Under the pieces are notes generated by a model, which searched no databases, was not told the DNA's origin, and saw nothing but the letters and a program-made list of their open reading frames with translations. A program made the translations under genes and the position numbers. 51,348 nucleotides of DNA from Ruminococcus sp. (lineage in GTDB: Bacteria; Bacillota; Clostridia; Oscillospirales; Ruminococcaceae), in NCBI GenBank assembly GCA_019417865.1, contig DYCW01000432.1:1-51348 (forward strand), in the 5' to 3' direction. This document shows, in pieces, positions 30,201 to 40,244 of this stretch. How positions within the stretch are numbered: position 1 is the stretch's first letter; every line of letters begins with the position of its first letter.

Positions 30201-30779
30201 CAGGTATCGGAACAGTGGCAGTTCTTGTCCGCTCAGCTGAAAGATGCCACCGAAGCGAAACAAGAGCTGGAGACACTGATTGTCCGGCTGACTGCTGAGA
30301 TGCAGCGGATTTTTACAGAACGATTTGCAGGCATCAATCAGGCATTTCAGGAGATTTTTCGAGAGCTGTTTGACGGTGGAGAAGCGTCTTTGGAGTTGAC
30401 GGACGAGGAAGATGTGCTGCACGCCGGCATTGAAATTCGGGTTGCACCACCGGGAAAGGTGATTAAAAATTTGATTGCCCTCTCTGGTGGGGAACAGTCG
30501 TTTGTTGCCATTGCCATTTACTTTGCCATTTTGCGGCAGCGTCCGACACCGTTTTGCATTATGGATGAAATTGATGCCGCACTGGATGAGGGCAATGTCC
30601 GGCGGTATGTGCAGTATTTACAGCAATTTCGGGATACCACACAGTTTATTTTGATTACGCATAGAAGAATGGCGATGGAGGCCGCAGATGCCTTGTACGG
30701 GGTCACCATGCAGGAGGACGGAATTTCTCGCCTTCTGCACATGGAGCAGATCAGCGAAAATGTAGATGCTCCGTCATGA
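27216..30779 (+). CDS. smc: chromosome segregation protein SMC
   Basis: GFKSF, Walker A GPNGSGKS, hinge GRATFLPL, LSGGE, DEIDAALD; start at ATG 27216. Confidence 0.97.
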   Translation: MFFKSLELQGFKSFPDRVKLEFEQGLTAVVGPNGSGKSNIGDAIRWVLGEQSTKLLRGNRMEDVIFSGTKQRRPAGFAAVTIQLDNHTGMFGEEYGETVAITRKLYRSGESVYQINGKAVRLKDVQELLMDTGMGRDGYAIIGQGRIAEIVSARSTDRRELFEEATGVSKFRYKREEAERNLQAAQENLVRLQDIAATLEGRVEPLRRQAETAKQFLRLAEQQKKLEVSIWVQQLHHLEQEKTALKDTLLQARAAYQNAVLDLEQADAALQQQYQQMQHTTIQIQNLREQVQTAEETAAKTQADLAVCANEQQHNIQRLTQITQQQADADRAEQETAAQLQAQKTTLEALQQQQTAAAAACQEQETLRAALHAKMAAVTAALKTAEQTLQDGYGRQNTWFAKTESLAAQIETLQAQTVSQAAQSAALQQQQAAAEYAKQTETAAETAAAAEAAVRVALETAQTQQKAAQLLLEQTQTQQTQRNMQLQTVQQRHQLLLEMERNMEGYAGSVKAVLQAENGKPHGVYGTVSQIITTEPRYSLAMETALGGAMQNLVVENESAAKDWIRYLAAKRAGRATFLPLTSVRGQLLSEQAVLQEDAVIDLASNLVRYDAKFTNVIHALLGRILIAKDLDSATTLAKRYGYRFRIVTLDGQVIHAGGSFTGGSAQKRGGMLTRKQELLELQRKVHTLQEQVRQDTERWEQQKADCSQKTERLQQLQNQLHTKHAEQLLAAANAETARKQLSQLQTQLLERQQQRKQLTEQIAVLQQQYHTAKTAWEQAQADLTEAQTVQQQAKQEQEAAAAEQTKISEVLTERQIAAAKLEQEITSRRQNMTEQQARLDSCREQKQRLREEKVVCQQQETALQQQEKNLQTKLTVCKQQMTENREQITQLQRVHTEQEQQIRQRQDGIREFSAAKERAAASVTQLETKQHDLEQQRDRIVQQMREQYDVTLSEAGQMAEPVRDTVLAKQQLESLRRQIRALGNVNVSAIEEYQQVSEQWQFLSAQLKDATEAKQELETLIVRLTAEMQRIFTERFAGINQAFQEIFRELFDGGEASLELTDEEDVLHAGIEIRVAPPGKVIKNLIALSGGEQSFVAIAIYFAILRQRPTPFCIMDEIDAALDEGNVRRYVQYLQQFRDTTQFILITHRRMAMEAADALYGVTMQEDGISRLLHMEQISENVDAPS

Positions 30780-30849
30780 TAGCCAATCGGCAGAACGCTT
30801 TCATAATGAAAACGAGCCATCAAAATCAAGCGAGAAAGGGTGTTGACAA

Positions 30850-32496
30850 ATGGGTTTATTCGGAAAGAAGAAAGATAAGGAAAAGAAAGGTTTTTTCGGC
30901 TGGAAAAAGCGGAATCAGGAGGCTGAACCGGAACGGGATGCGGGAATTGTACCATCGGAATCGGCATCCGATGATGTCGCTGCACAGCTGTTAGCAGAAC
31001 GGGAAGCTGCACGGCAGGCAGAAGCGGAAAAATGGCGGGAGCAGGCAGAAGCCGAAATCGCTGCGGAACAGGCAGAAGCAGCTGCACTGGCTGCCAAAGC
31101 CGCACAGGAGGAATTATTTTCGGAAGAGAATGAAGAAGATGAGGAAGACGAAATAGAATCAGACGAAGAACTGGAAACAGAGCCAGCGGCAGAAGAAGAA
31201 CTTTCAAAAACGGCTGTCGTGGAAGACAAATCAGAGCCGGACGAAGCTGGGAGTCAACAAGTAGATCCGCCTTTGGAATCAGAAGAAGACGAACCGAAGA
31301 AAGCGTCTGCTGAGGAATCATTAGAATCAGAGCAAAAGCCGAAACCAGAAACTGTGAATGCAGAAGAGGAAGCAGAGCCGAAAGCGTTAGAGGACGAACC
31401 GCAAGAGGAATCGTTAGAATCAGAAGAAAAGCCAGAAGTGGAAGATGCAGAAGAGGAAGCAGAGCCGAAAGCGTTAGAGGACGAGTCGGAAGAGGAATCA
31501 TTAGAATCAGAAGAAAAGCCAGAAGTGGAAGATGCGGGAGAGGAACTGGAATCAGAAGAACCAGAAAAGAAGAAAAAGGGTTTATTTGAAAAGATTCGAG
31601 ACGGTCTGCGAAAAACAAAAGATTCTGTCATTGCAAAGATGCAGCTTGTCTTAAATGCCTTCACCAAGATTGATGAGGATTTATTTGATCAGCTGGAAGA
31701 AACTATGATTATGGGGGACATGGGTGCAGAAACATCCATTGAAATCTGTGACCAGTTGCGGAAGCGTGTCAAAGAGCGTGGCATTACTGACCCGAAGCAG
31801 ATTATGGGCCTGATTCAGGAGATTATCGGAGAAATGCTGGGCGAAGACCAGTCGCTGAATTTGCAAACCAAGCCGTCTGTGATCATGGTCATTGGGGTCA
31901 ATGGTGCCGGAAAGACAACGACAATTGGAAAACTGTGTCATCAGCTGAAAGCAGACGGAAAAAAGGTGATTGTTGCCGCAGCCGATACCTTCCGTGCAGC
32001 TGCCATTGACCAGTTGCAAGTCTGGACAGACCGTGCTGGTGTGGAATTGGTCAAACATGCAGAAGGTTCTGACCCCGCAGCGGTGGTATATGATGCCATC
32101 GAAGCGGCAAAGGCGAGAGACTGTGATGTGTTGATTTGTGACACCGCCGGACGACTGCACAATAAAAAGAACCTGATGCAAGAACTTGCAAAAATCAACC
32201 GGATTATTGAAAATAAGGCAGCTGGCTGTGATACGGAAATCCTGCTGGTACTGGATGCCACCACTGGACAGAATGCGGTCAATCAGGCACGTTTATTTCA
32301 AGAAGTGGCGGATATCACCGGCATTGTGCTAACGAAACTGGACGGTACAGCAAAGGGCGGGATTGTAGTTTCCATCAAGAATGAGCTGCAAATACCAGTT
32401 AAGCTGATTGGTGTGGGCGAAAAAATTGACGACTTACAGCCGTTCCATGCAAAGGATTTTGTCAATGCACTCTTTGAAAAGGAGGAACGGCTATGA
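30850..32496 (+). CDS. ftsY: SRP receptor FtsY with long acidic N-terminus
   Basis: GVNGAGKTTT, DTFRAAA, DTAGR, TKLDGTAKGG. Confidence 0.98.
   Translation: MGLFGKKKDKEKKGFFGWKKRNQEAEPERDAGIVPSESASDDVAAQLLAEREAARQAEAEKWREQAEAEIAAEQAEAAALAAKAAQEELFSEENEEDEEDEIESDEELETEPAAEEELSKTAVVEDKSEPDEAGSQQVDPPLESEEDEPKKASAEESLESEQKPKPETVNAEEEAEPKALEDEPQEESLESEEKPEVEDAEEEAEPKALEDESEEESLESEEKPEVEDAGEELESEEPEKKKKGLFEKIRDGLRKTKDSVIAKMQLVLNAFTKIDEDLFDQLEETMIMGDMGAETSIEICDQLRKRVKERGITDPKQIMGLIQEIIGEMLGEDQSLNLQTKPSVIMVIGVNGAGKTTTIGKLCHQLKADGKKVIVAAADTFRAAAIDQLQVWTDRAGVELVKHAEGSDPAAVVYDAIEAAKARDCDVLICDTAGRLHNKKNLMQELAKINRIIENKAAGCDTEILLVLDATTGQNAVNQARLFQEVADITGIVLTKLDGTAKGGIVVSIKNELQIPVKLIGVGEKIDDLQPFHAKDFVNALFEKEERL
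31312..31545 (+). repeat. 87-93 bp coding tandem repeat, about 2.6 copies, in the FtsY acidic domain
   Basis: EESLESEEKPEVEDAEEEAEPKALEDE-type units starting 31312, 31405, 31492. Confidence 0.85.
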
Positions 32497-33110
32497 TGCA
32501 GGAACAAACGTTGGTGCTTGCTTCCAACAATGTTGGAAAAATCAAAGACATGAAAGAAATCTTACAGCCGTTCGGCATAATTGTGCGTTCTCAGAGAGAA
32601 GCAGGCTTGTCTATAGAAGTAGAGGAAACAGGAAAAACCTTTGCAGAAAATGCCTTACTGAAAGCTTCTGCGATTTACCAGCAGCTGCATTGTCCGGTCA
32701 TTGCGGATGATAGCGGTCTGATTGTAGATGCACTAAACGGAGAGCCTGGTGTACATTCTCATCGCTTTGCAGGAGAGCATGCAACGGACGAACAGCGATG
32801 TCAGAAAATTTTGGAGCAAATGCAGGATGTGCCGGCGGAAAAAAGAACAGCACGGTTTGCGTGCGTGATCTGTTACCTGAATGAAGAAGGCAGAGAAAAT
32901 TTCTTTACAGGGTATTGCGAGGGCAAAATTGGAACAGTGCCGAAGGGAAAAAACGGGTTTGGATACGATCCAATTTTTGTTGTTGGTAGTAAGACCATGG
33001 CGGAAATGACAGAAGAAGAAAAAAATGCTGTCAGCCATCGTGGCAATGCATTGGCGGCATTGAAAGCATATTTGGAAAACAGAAAGGAATACAATCATGT
33101 TGACAAGTAA
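32493..33110 (+). CDS. rdgB: non-canonical purine NTP pyrophosphatase (RdgB/HAM1)
   Basis: LASNNVGK, ADDSGL, GFGYDPIF, SHRG. Confidence 0.95.
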   Translation: MMQEQTLVLASNNVGKIKDMKEILQPFGIIVRSQREAGLSIEVEETGKTFAENALLKASAIYQQLHCPVIADDSGLIVDALNGEPGVHSHRFAGEHATDEQRCQKILEQMQDVPAEKRTARFACVICYLNEEGRENFFTGYCEGKIGTVPKGKNGFGYDPIFVVGSKTMAEMTEEEKNAVSHRGNALAALKAYLENRKEYNHVDK

Positions 33111-33387
33111 ACAGCGGGCAACGCTCAGAGGCATTGCGAGCAGCTATGAAACTATTTTGCAGGTTGGAAAGAACGGCATTGGGGAAACCTTGATTCAGCA
33201 GGTTGCAGATGCCCTGCGGAAGCGGGAGCTGATTAAGCTGCATGTGTTGGAAAATGCAGAACTCAGTGCCAGAGAAGCAGCGGAACAGTTGGCAGAAGCG
33301 ACGGAATCCGAAGTGGTGCAGGTGATCGGCAGCCGATTTGTGCTCTATAAGCGGAATCCGAAAAAACCGGTCATTGATTTGAAGTGA
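33097..33387 (+). CDS. yhbY: CRM-domain RNA-binding protein YhbY
   Basis: MLTSKQRATLR, QVGKNG, ELIKLHVL, VQVIG. Confidence 0.93.
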   Translation: MLTSKQRATLRGIASSYETILQVGKNGIGETLIQQVADALRKRELIKLHVLENAELSAREAAEQLAEATESEVVQVIGSRFVLYKRNPKKPVIDLK

Positions 33388-33986
33388 TGCGGCGGATTGG
33401 TATTTTTGGCGGCAGTTTTAATCCGATTCATAACGGTCACCTGCATCTTGCAAAGACGGCAATGCAGCAGTTTGATTTGCAGCATGTGCTGTTTATCCCA
33501 ACTTATATCTCACCGTTTAAGCAGACAGCAAAGAATGTGGCAGATGGCACACACCGTCTGGCAATGTGCAGACTGGCAATTGCACCATATCCGGCATTTT
33601 CCGTCAGCGATTATGAATTGCGACAGAAAACCGTCAGCTATACGGTGCATACCATTTCCAGTCTGCATGCAGAACAGTCGGATGCGGAACTGGTCTTGCT
33701 GATGGGGAGCGATATGCTGCTGCAATTTCAAAACTGGTATCACTGGCAGGAGATTCTCTCTATGGCAGAGTTGGGTGTGATTGCACGGGAGACAGATGAT
33801 CGGATACCGTTGGAACAGGCGGCACAGCGGCTTTCGGCATATGGCACGATACGACTTTATTGTGATGCCGTTTTGCCGGTATCGTCTACAAAAATTCGAG
33901 AAATGCTGAAAAAAAATCAGGATTGCACTTGCTATTTACCGGAAAACGTAGTAAAATATATTGTATTCCATCAGTTGTACCGTTAG
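33387..33986 (+). CDS. nadD: nicotinate-nucleotide adenylyltransferase
   Basis: IFGGSFNPIHNGH, LMGSD, VSSTKIR. Confidence 0.96.
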   Translation: MRRIGIFGGSFNPIHNGHLHLAKTAMQQFDLQHVLFIPTYISPFKQTAKNVADGTHRLAMCRLAIAPYPAFSVSDYELRQKTVSYTVHTISSLHAEQSDAELVLLMGSDMLLQFQNWYHWQEILSMAELGVIARETDDRIPLEQAAQRLSAYGTIRLYCDAVLPVSSTKIREMLKKNQDCTCYLPENVVKYIVFHQLYR

Positions 33987-34012
33987 CGGTATGCTGAAAC
34001 AGTAGTAAGGGC

Positions 34013-34678
34013 GTGAAAGAAATGAAGAATTCTCCGTTAAAAAAAGTAAAAGATAAGATACAGCCACTGTCTCCGCCGCCGGAAGTAAAGGTGACCGAGG
34101 CAACAGAAGCCATGCAGGAGGTTCTGAAAAAACGGCTTTCCGAAGAACGGTATGAACATTCCGTCCATGTTGCAAAAGAATGCAAGCGGCTTGCAGAGAT
34201 CTATCATGTGAATGCAGATATTGCAGAGTTTGCCGGTATGGTGCATGACATTTGCAAGGAGATGAAGTCGGAGGAGCAGGAATCGTTGCTGAAAGCATCA
34301 GAAGGCTTTGCGATTACCGAGGAAGAATGGGCATCCAAAAAGCTTTGGCACGGCATCGCCGGTGCACAGCTGCTCAAGCAGCAGTACCGTGTGGGAAATC
34401 AAAATATTCTAAATGCTGTGCGGTATCATACGGTTGCCAGAAAGGGCATGACACCGTTGGAAAAGATTGTGTATCTTTCTGATATGACAGAAGAGGGCAG
34501 AACATTTATCGATGTACATGTACTACGTACGGCTGTCAATCGGGATTTGAATTTGGGAATGTATTATGCACTGCGAATATCCATCGAAAAAGTCATGCAA
34601 AAGGGTGGTTTGCTGCCGCAGCATACCATAGATGCCTATAATGAATATGTGGCAATTGTTGCAGCGATGAAAGCCTAA
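34013..34678 (+). CDS. yqeK: HD-domain Ap4A hydrolase YqeK
   Basis: RYEHS, HDICK, HG, VRYHT; follows nadD. Confidence 0.9.
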   Translation: MKEMKNSPLKKVKDKIQPLSPPPEVKVTEATEAMQEVLKKRLSEERYEHSVHVAKECKRLAEIYHVNADIAEFAGMVHDICKEMKSEEQESLLKASEGFAITEEEWASKKLWHGIAGAQLLKQQYRVGNQNILNAVRYHTVARKGMTPLEKIVYLSDMTEEGRTFIDVHVLRTAVNRDLNLGMYYALRISIEKVMQKGGLLPQHTIDAYNEYVAIVAAMKA

Positions 34679-34710
34679 ATGAGGAAATGCATGGAAAGGA
34701 GAGCCCGTAT

Positions 34711-35946
34711 ATGGTAAAAAAGCGGCGGACGGAAAAAAGACGAAAAGGCAGCGGGAAAGCAGTGGATCGTCTGGTGATGGTTGGATCGGTTCTGCTCAGT
34801 GTTGTACTAATTGTGGTAATGATTCTGAATGCACCGATTATCGACTATCGTACATTGACAAACGGTACAATGACAAATCAGCAAATTTCGATTATGAAAT
34901 ATTTCAAAGTTTGGCAACCATTGGTACAAAAGGAAGGAACGCTGCAAAAGCCGGCTCTGACCGATGCCTCTGCGTTGAACTTGAAAGAAGATACCGAGAC
35001 GCAGGATTCAAAGAATGACGGTTTGGATTTGCAGCAGATTGTAGAGGGACAGTATACCGTACTGTTCATGGGCATGGATGAGAGTGGAAAACTGGCGGAT
35101 GTGAACTGGATTTTTCAGTTTGATATCTTTGCAGGAACCATGAATGTTCTGCAAATTCCAAGAGACTGCTATATGCCGGATTATGCCAACCCTTCTACGA
35201 ATAAGTTCAACAGCATCTATGGCACAGGACAGGAAGAAGGGGTGACACCAATTCAGCGTGCTGTCAATGCCATTCAGGAGAGTTTTGGTCTAACCATTGA
35301 CTGTTATGTGAAACTGGTCTGCACAGATATTGCCAACATTGTCGATTCCATCGGCGGCATTCCGATTACGCTGCCAGAAGAAATCATGTATGAGGCAGAT
35401 AAGGTGCTGAAAGCTGGGGAACAGACACTAAATGGTCAGCAGGCAGAGTGGTTTGTGCGTTTCCGCAGAGAATACGATGAGGGCGATATTGGTCGTGTGA
35501 AGGCACAGCGTATTTTCCTGGCAGCTGCTATGGGAAAATTGTTGGATATGAGTCAGACAGAACTGATGTCTGCGATGCAGAAAATTTATAAAAATGAATG
35601 GATTGCCACAGATTTGTCTCTGGAGCAGATTAGTATGCTGGCAGATTTCGCATCAGAACGGTTGACGATGGACAGTGTGAATGTGTATATGATTCCGGGC
35701 GAAGGATTGATGCATGAAGGACAGTCCGTATATTCCATTCACAAGACAGAGACCATTGATTTGATTAACGAGCATTTCCGTCCGTATCAGAACGAAATGT
35801 ATTATGATGAGAGTACAATTGTGGAATTGGTGGAGGAAAGCGAATATGAGGACACCTATTCTGATACCGAGGAAAACCTGAATGATATCCACAATGGAGA
35901 TACAGAGGACGGGAAACAGAATATCTACAGCAGGGATGAAGAATAA
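34711..35946 (+). CDS. LCP family protein
   Basis: TM helix, LFMGMD, QIPRD, WFVRFR, GDIGRVKAQR; start after AAAGGAG. Confidence 0.9.
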   Translation: MVKKRRTEKRRKGSGKAVDRLVMVGSVLLSVVLIVVMILNAPIIDYRTLTNGTMTNQQISIMKYFKVWQPLVQKEGTLQKPALTDASALNLKEDTETQDSKNDGLDLQQIVEGQYTVLFMGMDESGKLADVNWIFQFDIFAGTMNVLQIPRDCYMPDYANPSTNKFNSIYGTGQEEGVTPIQRAVNAIQESFGLTIDCYVKLVCTDIANIVDSIGGIPITLPEEIMYEADKVLKAGEQTLNGQQAEWFVRFRREYDEGDIGRVKAQRIFLAAAMGKLLDMSQTELMSAMQKIYKNEWIATDLSLEQISMLADFASERLTMDSVNVYMIPGEGLMHEGQSVYSIHKTETIDLINEHFRPYQNEMYYDESTIVELVEESEYEDTYSDTEENLNDIHNGDTEDGKQNIYSRDEE

Positions 35947-35969
35947 CGCATTTGGAAAGGAAACAGAGC

Positions 35970-36335
35970 ATGATAGAACAGAAAGCAGTATTGGAAGCGA
36001 TTGTAAAAGCATTGGACAGTAAGCGTGCCGAGGACATTCAGGTCATCGGTGTAAAAGATCTGACGATTTTAGGGGATTACTTCGTGATTGCCAACGGTAC
36101 GAGTACCACACATACCAAAACGCTGGCAGATGAAGTGGAATATCAGATGACAAAGCTGGGAATCGAACCGCTGCACCGGGAGGGCAGAGGAAACGGTTCC
36201 AATTGGATTGTACTGGACTACAATGACATCATTGTACACGTCTTCTACAAGGAAACCAGAGAGTTTTATCAGTTGGAGCGGCTTTGGGCAGACGGAGAAA
36301 AGATGGATGTTACTGGTTGGCTGAAAGAAGACTAA
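35970..36335 (+). CDS. rsfS: ribosome silencing factor RsfS
   Basis: KRAEDI, DYFVIANG, WIVLDY, REFYQLERLW. Confidence 0.96.
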   Translation: MIEQKAVLEAIVKALDSKRAEDIQVIGVKDLTILGDYFVIANGTSTTHTKTLADEVEYQMTKLGIEPLHREGRGNGSNWIVLDYNDIIVHVFYKETREFYQLERLWADGEKMDVTGWLKED

Positions 36336-36358
36336 TATGGTAAAAGGAGGCATTCTCT

Positions 36359-36682
36359 ATGGAAAACGGAAGAAAAATGGTTTTGGTTGTGGGTGTATAC
36401 ATGGTGCTGAAAGGCATTCTAAATCTCATCCTTGGATTCAGTGCAAGTAATGTGGTCTCTCTGCTGTTTGCAGTGGCAATGGCGGCTGCCATGCTGAAAA
36501 AGGTTCCTTATAGCCAGTATGTCACAGCCATCTTTCTGGCATTGATTTTCGTTGTCAATCTGCCAGCAAACCTGTCTCACCTAGGTACAAACTGGATTTA
36601 CTTGATAGAAGGTCTGCTGGATGTTGGTGCAGCTGCGATTTTGGTATTTCATAAGGATGTAAAACGTTATTTTGCAAGTTAA
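36359..36682 (+). CDS. small polytopic membrane protein
   Basis: AAGGAGG RBS; four hydrophobic segments. Confidence 0.8.
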   Translation: MENGRKMVLVVGVYMVLKGILNLILGFSASNVVSLLFAVAMAAAMLKKVPYSQYVTAIFLALIFVVNLPANLSHLGTNWIYLIEGLLDVGAAAILVFHKDVKRYFAS

Positions 36683-36726
36683 TGCAATTTAGAATTTGAA
36701 AAAACAGGAAAGAGGATGAAGCAACT

Positions 36727-39150
36727 ATGAGTAAGTATGATTTTACTGCCATTGAAGCAAAATGGCAGCGATACTGGGCAGAACACAATACCTTTCATGC
36801 AGAAAATGACTATACAAAGCCTAAATTTTATGCACTGGTAGAGTTCCCGTATCCGTCGGGGGAAGGGCTGCACATCGGGCATCCAAGACCGTACACTGCA
36901 ATGGATATTGTTTCCAGAAAACGGCGGATGGAGGGGTATAACGTACTCTTCCCCATGGGTTGGGATGCATTTGGTCTGCCGACAGAAAATTACGCCATCA
37001 AACATAAAATTCATCCAGCAATTGTCACCGCCAACAACGTGGCAAGATTCAAGGCTCAGCTGCAGGCATTGGGAATGTCCTTTGACTGGGAGCGGGAGAT
37101 CAATACCACAGATCCGAATTATTTCCATTGGACACAGTGGATTTTCCTGCAAATGTTCAAGAAGGGGTTGGCATACAAAAAGGAAATGGCTGTCAACTGG
37201 TGTACTTCCTGTAAGGTCGTACTGGCAAATGAAGAAGTGGTCGGCGGCGTGTGTGAACGCTGCGGTGGCGAGGTTGTACAGAAAGTCAAATCGCAGTGGA
37301 TGCTGAAGATTACAGAGTATGCACAGCGGCTGCTGGATGACTTGGATGATGTGGATTATCTGGAAAAAATCAAGACTGCACAGCGGAACTGGATTGGCCG
37401 TTCTACCGGTGCAGAAGTAGACTTCCAGACCACCGCTGGAGATACGCTGAAAATCTATACCACTCGTCCGGATACGCTGTTTGGTGCAACCTACATGGTT
37501 ATCTCACCGGAACACCCGCTGATTGAAAAATGGGCGGACAAATTGGAAAACATGGAGGAAATCCGTGCGTATCAGGAAAAGGCTGCCAGAAAGTCCGATT
37601 TTGAGCGGACAGAAATGGCAAAAGAAAAGACTGGCGTTTGCCTGAAAGGGGTACGTGGTATCAATCCAGTCAATGATACCGAAATTCCCATTTTCGTATC
37701 CGACTATGTTCTGATGAGTTACGGCACAGGTGCGATCATGGCAGTGCCGGCACACGATACCCGTGACTATGAATTTGCAGAGGTGTTCGATCTGCCGATT
37801 ATCGAAGTCGTCAAGGGCGGCGATGTGACGAAAGAAGCCTTTACCGATTGTGCAACGGGAACGATGGTCAACAGCGGCTTTTTAGACGGATTGTCTGTAG
37901 AAGACGCTAAGGTAAAAATCAAGGGCTGGCTGGAGGCAACCGGCAAGGGCAAGTCCAAAGTGAATTATAAGTTGCGGGACTGGATTTTCTCCCGTCAGCG
38001 TTATTGGGGCGAGCCCATTCCAGTGGTTTACTGTGATAAGTGCGGTTGGGTTGGTCTGCCGGAGAGCGAACTGCCGTTGACGCTGCCGGATGTAGACAGC
38101 TATATGCCGACTGATACGGGCGAAAGTCCGCTGTCCACACTGGAGAGTTTCATCAACACGACTTGTCCGCAGTGTGGGGGTCCGGCAAAGCGGGAAACTG
38201 ATACGATGCCGCAGTGGGCAGGTTCCAGTTGGTATTACCTGCGGTATTGTGACCCGAAGAATGCAAATGGCATTGCGTCCAAGGAAGCTCTGAACTATTG
38301 GATGCCAGTGGACTGGTACAATGGTGGAATGGAACATACTACGCTGCATCTGCTGTACTCTCGATTCTGGCATAAGTTTTTGTATGATATTGGTGTAGTA
38401 GAAACAAAAGAACCCTACCTGCGGAGAACTTCACACGGTATGATACTGGGCGATGATCCAGAGCATCCGGGCAAGTTTACGAAAATGTCCAAGTCCAAGG
38501 GGAATGTCATCAATCCAGATGATGTCATCAAGGAATATGGTGCAGATACCCTGCGTCTGTATGAGATGTTTGTCGGTGACTTTGAAAAGGCTGCCCCATG
38601 GAGTACCTCCAGTATTCGTGGCTGTAAGCGGTTCTTAGATCGTATCTGGGCATTGCAGGATAATCTGATTGACGGCGATACCTATCGAGAGGTACTGGTA
38701 CGGAAAATGCACCAGACCATTCAGAAGGTTTCCAATGATATTGAAACGTTGAAGTTCAATACAGCAATCGCTGCCATGATGGAATTGTTGAACGAAATTG
38801 CTGCAACCGGTTCGATTAACCGTGCCGAGTTCCGCACGTTACTGCTGCTGCTGAATCCGTTTGCACCGCATATCACAGAAGAATTGTATGAGAAATACTG
38901 TGGCGGCATTCTGCACGAGCAGAGCTGGCCGACTTATGATGCGGCACTGTGCAAGGAAGACACAGTGGAAATCGTGGTACAGATTAACGGCAAGGTTCGC
39001 TGCAAGATGGATATTGCGGTGGGGGCTGAAAAAGATGCTGTACTGACCCAGGCACTGGCAGAACCAAAAATTGCAGAAGCTGTTGCTGGAAAACAGTTGC
39101 TCAAACAGATATATGTACCAAATAAACTGGTTAATTTTGTAGCAAAATAA
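36727..39150 (+). CDS. leuS: leucyl-tRNA synthetase
   Basis: FPYPSG-LHIGH, YTTRPDT editing domain, SRQRYWG, KMSKS. Confidence 0.99.
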   Translation: MSKYDFTAIEAKWQRYWAEHNTFHAENDYTKPKFYALVEFPYPSGEGLHIGHPRPYTAMDIVSRKRRMEGYNVLFPMGWDAFGLPTENYAIKHKIHPAIVTANNVARFKAQLQALGMSFDWEREINTTDPNYFHWTQWIFLQMFKKGLAYKKEMAVNWCTSCKVVLANEEVVGGVCERCGGEVVQKVKSQWMLKITEYAQRLLDDLDDVDYLEKIKTAQRNWIGRSTGAEVDFQTTAGDTLKIYTTRPDTLFGATYMVISPEHPLIEKWADKLENMEEIRAYQEKAARKSDFERTEMAKEKTGVCLKGVRGINPVNDTEIPIFVSDYVLMSYGTGAIMAVPAHDTRDYEFAEVFDLPIIEVVKGGDVTKEAFTDCATGTMVNSGFLDGLSVEDAKVKIKGWLEATGKGKSKVNYKLRDWIFSRQRYWGEPIPVVYCDKCGWVGLPESELPLTLPDVDSYMPTDTGESPLSTLESFINTTCPQCGGPAKRETDTMPQWAGSSWYYLRYCDPKNANGIASKEALNYWMPVDWYNGGMEHTTLHLLYSRFWHKFLYDIGVVETKEPYLRRTSHGMILGDDPEHPGKFTKMSKSKGNVINPDDVIKEYGADTLRLYEMFVGDFEKAAPWSTSSIRGCKRFLDRIWALQDNLIDGDTYREVLVRKMHQTIQKVSNDIETLKFNTAIAAMMELLNEIAATGSINRAEFRTLLLLLNPFAPHITEELYEKYCGGILHEQSWPTYDAALCKEDTVEIVVQINGKVRCKMDIAVGAEKDAVLTQALAEPKIAEAVAGKQLLKQIYVPNKLVNFVAK

Positions 39151-39178
39151 CCAAAATAAAAAAATCTTCCCATAAGGC

Positions 39179-39207
39179 TTGACAAACTCTGCTGGGTGTG
39201 TTATAAT
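39179..39207 (+). promoter_or_regulatory. sigma-A promoter of rpsU
   Basis: TTGACA-17 nt-TATAAT with extended TG. Confidence 0.85.
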
Positions 39208-39419
39208 GAAACATATTTTAAAGCGGTGTGTTGCGTTGTATGGTCATGTCAGGCAACTGCAAAGCCGGAGAAAATAAAAACCAAGTTGATTGCTAATGGA
39301 CAGATTGATGTAGTATCCCGAAGTTCCGATGTCGGGACCATCGGTGGTATAGGTCAGAAGCAGGGGGAACTTTGTGGATGATCAGCCTCTGCCGTGGCGG
39401 CAAAGGGAGGGAAATGTAA

Positions 39420-39593
39420 GTGGCAGAAGTTCGTGTTGGCAAGAATGAATCTCTGGATACCGCTCTGAAGCGGTTTAAGAGATCTTGTGCTAAGGACGGC
39501 GTGATTGCTGAGGTTCGGAAAAGAGAACATTACGAAAAGCCTTCAGTAAAGCGTAAGAAGAAGTCTGAAGCTGCTCGTAAGCGGAAATATTAA
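39420..39593 (+). CDS. rpsU: 30S ribosomal protein S21 (missing from ORF track)
   Basis: GGGAGGG RBS, GTG start, [57 protein letters not shown]. Confidence 0.97.
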   Translation: MAEVRVGKNESLDTALKRFKRSCAKDGVIAEVRKREHYEKPSVKRKKKSEAARKRKY

Positions 39594-39613
39594 TTTTTGA
39601 CGCAAACAGCACA

Positions 39614-39645
39614 GCGGACGCACTTGAAAGTGCGTCCGTTTTTTT
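39614..39645 (+). terminator. intrinsic terminator after rpsU
   Basis: GCGGACGCACTT/AAGTGCGTCCGT plus T-tract. Confidence 0.85.
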
Positions 39646-39737
39646 GTAAGAAAAGAAAGATTCGACTGCTTTTGACATTTCCCATAGGAAAGATGCAGTA
39701 TAATAGAGAAAGATTTCAGAGAGAAGGGAGCGAAGCA

Positions 39738-40238
39738 ATGATTTTTCGGGTAACAGCAGCATTGCGTTCCGTTTGTGATATTACACCATCCATGCTGCAG
39801 CACTTTGGCATTCGAGGACTGCTGCTGGATTTGGACAATACCCTCACAACACATGACAATCCCCGTCCGGCAGACGGTGTAAAGGATTGGATTGCAGCGA
39901 TGAAAGAAAATGGGGTTGCGATGTGTATTGTATCGAACAACCATCCACCAAGGGTCAAGCCTTTTGCAGACTTGTTGGAGTTGCCGTTTGTCTGTGAGGG
40001 GAAAAAGCCGCTGGCAAAGGGATTTCGGGAGGCGAAGATTTTGATGGATCTCCCGTGGGATGCACTGGCAGTTGTGGGAGATCAGATTTTTACGGATGTG
40101 CTGGGTGCCAATTTAAAGCGGCTTAAGTGTATTTTTGTATTCCCGATTGCCCATGAGCAAACCAGATTTTTCCGCTTCAAACGGCGGATGGAGGTGCCGT
40201 TTCTTCCCCGGCAAATTTATGAGGAAGAGAAAGGATGA
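39738..40238 (+). CDS. yqeG: YqeG family HAD-IIIA phosphatase
   Basis: LLDLDNTL, IVSNN, KKP, VVGDQIFTDVLGAN. Confidence 0.92.
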   Translation: MIFRVTAALRSVCDITPSMLQHFGIRGLLLDLDNTLTTHDNPRPADGVKDWIAAMKENGVAMCIVSNNHPPRVKPFADLLELPFVCEGKKPLAKGFREAKILMDLPWDALAVVGDQIFTDVLGANLKRLKCIFVFPIAHEQTRFFRFKRRMEVPFLPRQIYEEEKG

Positions 40239-40244
40239 AATCAG

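Noticed and set aside
36683..36726. T-box leader for leuS
   Set aside because: The intergenic gap is only 44 bp.
39672..39704. TTGACA/TATAAT promoter for yqeG
   Set aside because: The spacer is 21 bp; the -10 may be real but the pair is not canonical.
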